Assembly: GCA_951406725.2 (NCBI GenBank)
Contig: OX597816.1
Span: 94,116,001 to 94,180,000, forward strand
DNA length: 64,000 bases
Direction: 5' to 3'
Source of the DNA: Octopus vulgaris
Lineage: Eukaryota
Shown in pieces: positions 56,779 through 64,000 of this stretch. The translations under genes and the position numbers were made by a program. How positions within the stretch are numbered: position 1 is the first letter of the stretch; every line of letters starts with the position of its first letter. The notes beneath the pieces were generated by a model. It saw only the letters and a program-made list of their open reading frames with translations. It was not told the DNA's origin and did not search any database.

Positions 56779-58942
56779 GGGGAGACCGGGGTTAGTTGGC
56801 TACATTTTTTTACATTTTCACTGACAGAGCAATACTATTTAATGTATTCTACTGCATCGTGTATGACACGCATAAATCAACCATAGCATAAGACTTACAA
56901 AGCTAGAGATCTCATCTTCTTATTTTCTGGATTTATATTTTGTGCATTTTCTAAAACCACTTAAATGTGTCAACTTGCCCCGATACCGGAGCAAGTTGAC
57001 ACATATAATGGGGTATGTTGACACATGAATGCATTTTCTTGGAACATACATGTTAGTGGACAGAAACACATGATATAAGCTTGTTGGTTTGATCAAGGGC
57101 CTTTATTACGGTTTCATTACATATCATCATCGAAAGTCACAATTTGGGCATGTGAATATTGTCAGACCTGGTGTGCATGCCTCGTGAACCCAACCTTTAC
57201 AATCAAAGCACTGAAGCCACACTTCCCTTCTTTTGCTGTTGCAAAAAGGCTCGCAGCACACTAAGCAATAGCACTTTTCCTCATCAGAGGTATCACTTTC
57301 TTGAATTTGAACTTTTTTCTTAACAGTTGGACCTTTTCCCTTCGTTTACTTGCCCTTACTGAGTCCCTTTCCTATCGTTCCTTTATCAATGTTTGTCTTC
57401 TTTTTACTTTTACTTTTTGTCTTTTCTTCTATGATTGCTCTTTTAACCGGCGAGTCAGTGAGGATTTCAGAACAACGTTCCTTTCTTCCTCTGGTTGATT
57501 CTTTCCTAGGGCCTGCTTTGGGTAGTGGACGGATTTGAAATGGTGAAAGAAAAGACCTGGCGGCTATGTCGCTTGAAGGCCCAGGTGTTGCAGCTGCTGA
57601 AGGCTCAGGTGTTGTAGCTACTGAAGGCCCAGGTGCTGAAAGTGCAGGATCTGGTCGGTCAGTGACATAGCTTGGTGCAAAGTCACTGTCTGTGAAAATG
57701 TTGCGATTAAAAGGACATTCCTGTAGAAGAAAAGCCACTAAGAATGTTCGTCGGAGTTGCAGTCAATGGGCATGCAGTTTTGACAATACACGGAATGTCA
57801 TAAACGGTCATCGTCTGGCCAGGATGGTTGATATGCCAGTCATCAATGGCAGTGTTTGTGTACTTCTTTAGTGGTCCATTGACAGCTTTGTCCAACGGCT
57901 GTAAACTGTGTGTGCAGTGAGGTGGGAAAGAAAGCATGGTGATGCCATTGTCTGATGCATAAGTAGCGAGACAGAGCTTTTAAAGGGATGCCAAATGTCC
58001 TCGAAGCTTCCCGCAAGGAGATGACACGAGCTCGGACCTGTTGAATAGCCTGTTGGATTACATCATGTGGAAGGGTTGCCCTCTCGCCTTTGCGTTTGTA
58101 GTGTCGCACCATGACAATTGTAGATCTAGGTCAGTAAAGAGAGAGAGAGAGTGGAGGGAGGCAAAAAAACAATTTAGCTCATTGCATAAACCAACAGGGA
58201 AAGCAAAACGAAGCTCTGAGTGTTTACCTATTTTTTAGTTTCAAGCATGCCTGGTCACGGCATAACTTCATGCTTATATATCAGTGGTACAGGTTACAAA
58301 GCTGAGGCAGAATACAAGCTGTTGACTAAGTAGGTAGCGGTATGAAGATAGAATAGGTTGGTATACATAAAGATAGCTGATCTAAAACTATAGCAAACAA
58401 TACATAAATTACTCAATGAACTGATCCAATGTACCAGACATGAATCAAATAGCAAACACTCTTAGTTAAAATGGGATAGATACAGTCTGTGAATCAATGT
58501 AAGCAACCTACAACTTTATCACAGGCCGGAGCAAGTTGACACACTGTGTCAACGTGCCCCTGTTTACATGTGTCAACTTGCCCCGACCCCATTTCCCTCG
58601 TAAATGTAAACACTGAGAGAAAAACACTAGGGTTTCGCAAGAATCCATTTGTATAGGGTCGTGAGAGATATTTTACTAACTCCTTAAGGTTTAATACACA
58701 TAATGCAATTAAACAAAATAACTAATTATCAAAAATGTGGAAAATAACTTACCAAGTGGAAAATTCCAATGTTGTCCGCGTGTAGCACACAAACTCTCAC
58801 AACGGCGACGAAATCAAATGAAGGGGAAGCTTATACTAACAGCACTACTATGATTTCATTAAATCGACCGAAAGTAATTTCGCATTTTCTCTAGAGAGAA
58901 TGTGACAACTTGCCCCTGTAGTCAACTTGCCCCGGTCTCCCC
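56779..58942 (-). mobile_element. Pogo-superfamily DNA transposon, 2164 bp, internally deleted; HTH_psq, DDE C-terminal part and PHD finger
   Basis: TA|GGGGAGACCGGGG...CCCCGGTCTCCCC|TA; SLREASRTFGIP (psq HTH); FPPHCTHSLQPLDKAVNGPLK (DDE_1); CLVC..WLQCFDCKGWVHEAC..CPNC. Confidence 0.92.
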
Positions 58943-60521
58943 TATTCACGACAGGTTAAATAGCTTAAAGAAACTGTTTAATGCATTGGTGGTTTTATGG
59001 TTGAATACGTTTTTTCTTGACCCCTATTTCTGTTTCCGATCGAAATTTGTGAAGATTTCTGAATTTGATATACTGTTAGGTTAGTTTAAATATGTTTGAG
59101 ACATAATTGATCTGTAAAAAAGGCCATTTTCTCTGCGCTTTGCTATGGAGAAAAAGAACTCGCTTGCGAGTTCTTGTTTGGAAAAAACCCCAGTCATCCT
59201 TGAACTAATATGGACTAATATATGCATTTTGAGTTCTTTATCCTCTCGTCAGTTTCAGATACCAAACAGGACAACACTGAAATAACTAGAAGCCTTGGCT
59301 TCCTTATAATAAATTAATGGAAATGTATCAATGAAACCGTGCTACAACTGCTAGGCCGGAACAAAATACATGGCATGCGAAACTGTTGTGAAATTAGCAA
59401 ACTTTGGATTTATTTTTTCCCACTAATTCACAACACTGCTTCGCATAATTGACGTGTTGATATTTGTGTAATTTCAAAGCCCATAGAATTTTGGTTTTCT
59501 ACGATCTGAATTGATTGTCTAAATTTTTGTGTTGACGTCATGGTAGTCTTAACGCAAGTTTGGAACTTCAATGATATTTACGGCAAAATATCACAACTAT
59601 TTTATTCAATGTGCAACTGTTATGTTTTCTTGCTGCATGATGTATTCACAATATCAACTTAAAACTTATATAATGCTTTGCCATTTGGTAGTGGCTGGTA
59701 GTTCACAACACTTGATAATTATTTTGCAATGGATATTGCGAAGGGATTCACTTGAATTTGTCGAAATTACATAAGTTATTGAAGTTATTGAAGTTATAAA
59801 GAAAGTATTGGATAAGACAAGTATTGTTATAGAAGATATGCTAGTGTCTTCTACATCGCTTTGAAAGAGTGAATAATTTTAGTAGATAGCGGTCTATTTG
59901 AATGTAGAAATAGGAAAGTGCCGCAAATTGTTGATATTTTGTAATGTTGTGAAGCCATTTCATAAGTGATTGGACTGTGATTAGTTGGGCATTCCTATAG
60001 AATAGAGTCGGATATTATCTAGACCACCAAAAACCATATCTCCGTGAATATATATATGATTATGTAACGCAGATAACGATTGCACAAATAAAAACTGATT
60101 GGCGAGAGACGGAGAATTTTTTCCACCATTTCCGTAATTTTTCAATTTTGACATTTTTAAAAAGTAATTTTTTTGCTCTGACTTATATTTTAAACGTCTA
60201 TAATTATGATTCTTAAAAAAAAAAAGGCGCAACAAAAATTTGGAGAATACATAAAAAACTTTTAAATTACTAAAAGAAGGAAGGTAGGCATTTCCGTTCC
60301 CCAATACTCAAATTTATGTTTGTTGTTTAGAAGATTTGTGATCAACGATACTTGAAATATACACATCAGAAGATATTACGATCTTTTGCGCATTAGAACA
60401 TTTCTAACTCATGACGGTAAGCTGCACTAAATTATATTCTAGTACAATTATGTCTGAATAAAACGAATGGAATGTAGAATTAAAACATTACAAAGGTTAA
60501 TAACATTTACCAGACGCAGTT

Positions 60522-60592
60522 GCATCGGTGGTTCAGTGGTAGAATGCTCGCCTGCCACGCGGGCGGCCCGGGTTCGATTCCCGGCCGATGCA
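60522..60592 (+). tRNA. tRNA-Gly (GCC), identical to 45050-45120
   Basis: Same 71-nt sequence; T4 run shortly downstream. Confidence 0.97.
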
Positions 60593-61588
60593 AAACAGCT
60601 TCTTTTGGAAAACTTCATATTGTTTTGGTTTAATTTTTTGCTTCCATTCAATTTAATCGACCATCTAACATTTTTAATAAGGCTGTAATAAACTCCGGTG
60701 AAAGCTGATCATTTGGAGGTTTTCAGATAAAACCTCCATGCATGTACTTCATCCCTTAACTCCTGACAGTCTAAGTGGACCGACTGCAGCCAGGTCACGG
60801 TTCTGGATACTACTGCTACTGTTTGCAGTATAACTTGTGCTTTTTCTAGATGGTCACAGTGCCCAAAAGCCAAGATGCTTTGGGTGTCATAGCACCTCCG
60901 ATCTGAGACATCAGTTGAATGTAGAGCAAATGATAACTTCTTTTGTTCTCTTTCATTCCTTCTTGGCCAGATCCAGTAGGAACTCTTCTCAGCTGCTTCA
61001 GACATTGTCTTAGTTCTCTTTCTCTCAGAAATTAAGAGCCATTTAATAATACCACAGGCAGATTTGTCTATTGTCCCTGCTCCTTCGCTATTACTTTCTT
61101 AGAGAGGACTTTGTTTGAAAGCCAGATTCACTCAATTTGATTGCTAAACTGCATATTTTTCAGTCTTGTAGATATGAGCTTCCGCTTTTTTATAGGAATA
61201 TGAAAAATATCAAATGATAATCAGTTCTTTATTTGACATCTGCCTACAACAAACCCTCATCCGTGATGATTATCATTTATACATGAGGGCTTGCATCTAT
61301 ACCTATCTTTTGCATTTTCTTGTCAGTCGTAGATTTTGAAATTTACGGCGAAAATGTAATTTTGTCAGTTGCACCAAAATTAATTTTAATGAATGTTAAC
61401 CAGGTGTGGACTAAGAGTATTAAGGGCCCTCGGGCATAACTGTTTACCGGGATCCTTAGCATAAATTTAGAAGAGTTAACATGTACAGTGCGGGCTCCTC
61501 AGAGCTCTGGGCCCTTGGGCAACGCCCGATTGACCAGCGGTTTAGTCCGACCCTGATGCTAACGTCTTCCAGTCAGAAAAATCGGTGT

Positions 61589-61970
61589 GGAAGCACTCCG
61601 TCGGTTACGACGACGAGGGTTCCGGGTGATCCGAATCAACGGAACAGCCTGCTCGTGAAATTAACGTGTAAGTGGCTGAGCACTCCACAGACACGTGTAC
61701 CCTTAACGTAGTTCTCGGGGATATTCAGCGTGACACAGAGTGACAAGGCCGGCCCTTTGAAATACAGGTACGACAGAAACAGGAAGTAAGAGTGAGAGAA
61801 AGTTGTGGTGAAAGAGTACAGCAGGGATCACCACCATCCCCTGCCGGAGCCTCGTGGAGCTTTTAGGTGTTTTCGCTCAATAAACACTCACAACGCCCGG
61901 TCTGGGAATCGAAACCGCGATCCTATGACCTCGAGTCCGCTGCTCTAACCACTGGGCCATTGCGCCTCCA
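61589..61970 (-). mobile_element. tRNA-derived SINE family B copy with ~15-bp TSD
   Basis: Highly similar reverse complement of 43959-44350; TSD cagaaaaatcggtgt at 61574-61588 and 61971-61985. Confidence 0.9.
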
Positions 61971-62007
61971 CAGAAAAATCGGTGTATATGTTATCAGAAG
62001 GAATACC

Positions 62008-62055
62008 CTCACTCACTCACTCACTCACTCACTCACTCACTCACTCACTCACTCA

Positions 62056-62135
<80 letters not shown>
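62008..62135. repeat. Compound microsatellite (CTCA)n(CT)n(CA)n; others include (TA)n 57-101, (GT)n 19900-19955 and 63009-63065, (TAG)n 42184-42241, (CT)n 53113-53175
   Basis: Read directly. Confidence 0.95.
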
Positions 62136-63007
62136 TCTAGATGCCATACAGCACTATGATGAATTTCAACATTCTATATTTCATAGCTATAGTTTAGTAG
62201 ATTGTGATTAAGTGAAGTAGAAAAAACAATACAAACCTTTAGCCGTTCAGTTAGTTGTCTGACACCTCATACGATTATCCCTTTGTAACTGTATGGGAGA
62301 ACGGAAATTTCTCTTCACAAAAGGAAAATAAATTTCCTGACTTTCAAAAACAATTGAATTAAATCCAACAAAGAATAATATTAAAATACTTTATTTTTCA
62401 ATTACAATTCTTGGATTGAGTTTGCAATGTTTCTAATTTCCTTAACCCTTCATTTGAATTGTATCGTCTATTTATAATAAAGAAATGATTCAGTAAAAGT
62501 TCGCCCATGGAGTTCGGATATTGTATTCCTATAAAAGACAAAAATTCATAAATGTTACAGAAATTTATTAAAGATAAAATGAAACTGCTTGCTTTGGGCG
62601 GTGTATAAGCCATTTCATCCTCATTTTTATCAGTCATAGTCCATTCGATATGTGTTTATATGTACCCCAGTATCTTGTTTGTCTGCTCTTATGGCTTCCC
62701 CTCTTTATAAAGAAATTGAACGGTTGCAGTTCAGTGTGAAGTTATTTGCTAGTCGATTAAGTGGACCAGGAACCAACAAATACATTGACTGTGCAATGTT
62801 TCTGTGAAGGGCATTGTATATATAACCAGTGGTGGTCAAAAACAGGGCTGGATTAACCATCAACCAAAATAACCGCATACATAGGTTATCAAGGGAAGGA
62901 GCACTATAAAATTATCTCAGCACTTAGATTAGGTGAAAATAGTCAACTGCAGAAGTTTTAATTATGATAGGGAAAAAAATATTGAGTTGGAGATTCATTG
63001 TCAGAAA

Positions 63008-63061
<54 letters not shown>

Positions 63062-64000
63062 GTGTAGCTTTAAATTAATGGATTTATTTTGAATATTAAA
63101 TATAGTTCTATGTCTTGTCTGGGGCAGCCTGAAAATAAACTGAATTGTTAAGCTATTATTTCACATTCGGCATTTACTGCCTAAATGTTTTGCCAGACAA
63201 AAGAAGGGTCGGGAGGACATTATTGTTGAATTGTACTTAGGACGTCAGTTGGCCTTCACCCAGCTCTGTCCAAATGCCATTTTCATATCAGATTTTAATA
63301 CTTTCAATGTTTTGTAAACAGTATTCCTCAGCATTCCACAAGTGAAAATTTCCATCAAAATTGCCTGCAAATACTAACAGATTTATATAACCTACATTTA
63401 GTTATCCTCAACTAATAATTAAAGAGAGTACAAACGGTCAGCGGTAACTTACACAACTATAGCCGGATTATTGATCCATGATTGTATGTGTGGCCTATCT
63501 GACGAAAAGATTAGACATAAATCCTTTTTTAAAGGTTAGCGAATGCATCTGCACGACTGCGATGGTATATTTTACAACGATAGAACGTTATTTCTTAATA
63601 TGTACAAAGCTCCTTACTTTTAGGGTGAAGTCATAAGACGCTTGCGCACGCACACAATCACACACAAACACACACATGGATACTTACGTACATGCACTAT
63701 TAGAATGGATACGAGCTATAGTTTATGTTAAATATGTATGTTTGTATGCATGTATGTATGTATGAATGTATGTGTGCATGCATTTATGTGTTTGTGTGAG
63801 TGTGATGGACCTTATTATCAGGAACGACTTTTGAGCGTCCATTCACACTCGACTCTACGGAATATCCGGTCTAGTAAGTTCCAGCAAGACGTTTTGCTAT
63901 CGAAAACCTGCACAATGAATTTGTTATGAGTGGAGTACGTTGTCTAGAGCCTTTCGAAGAATATCTCTACTTAAATGTTTAATCTGAACTGATGCACGGT

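Noticed and set aside
60448-61005. Short ORFs over and after the second tRNA-Gly
   Set aside because: Two overlap the tRNA; the 98-aa minus ORF has no recognisable motif or splice support.

Overview
Eukaryotic, AT-rich, repeat-dense animal DNA. The SINE/RTE repertoire and microsatellite load suggest a cephalopod (Octopus-like) genome; this is an inference. The left half holds the first 16 coding exons of COG3 (conserved oligomeric Golgi complex subunit 3) on the minus strand. The start codon is at 29669, every junction is GT-AG and in phase, and the gene runs off the left edge. Its introns carry a young 5'-truncated RTE LINE (APE-RT with a PHD-like finger) joined back-to-back to an inverted RTE 3' end, further RTE remnants, a TTAA-bounded MITE family, SINEs and palindromes. 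The right half holds a single-coding-exon, secreted, Lys-rich orphan gene (36756-37589) behind an ~800-bp foldback, a stack of three R4/Dong-like 3' ends in (TAA)n tracts, CRE-like, L1/Tx1-like and Tigger-like relics, a 2.16-kb pogo-type transposon with intact ends, three tRNA genes (Gly-GCC x2, His-GTG), and a 5.2-kb compound (CATA)n-(CGTG)n-(CATA)n microsatellite. There is no CRISPR array or prokaryotic system. Family assignments come from motif recognition by eye, and repeat boundaries are approximate unless a TSD is quoted.
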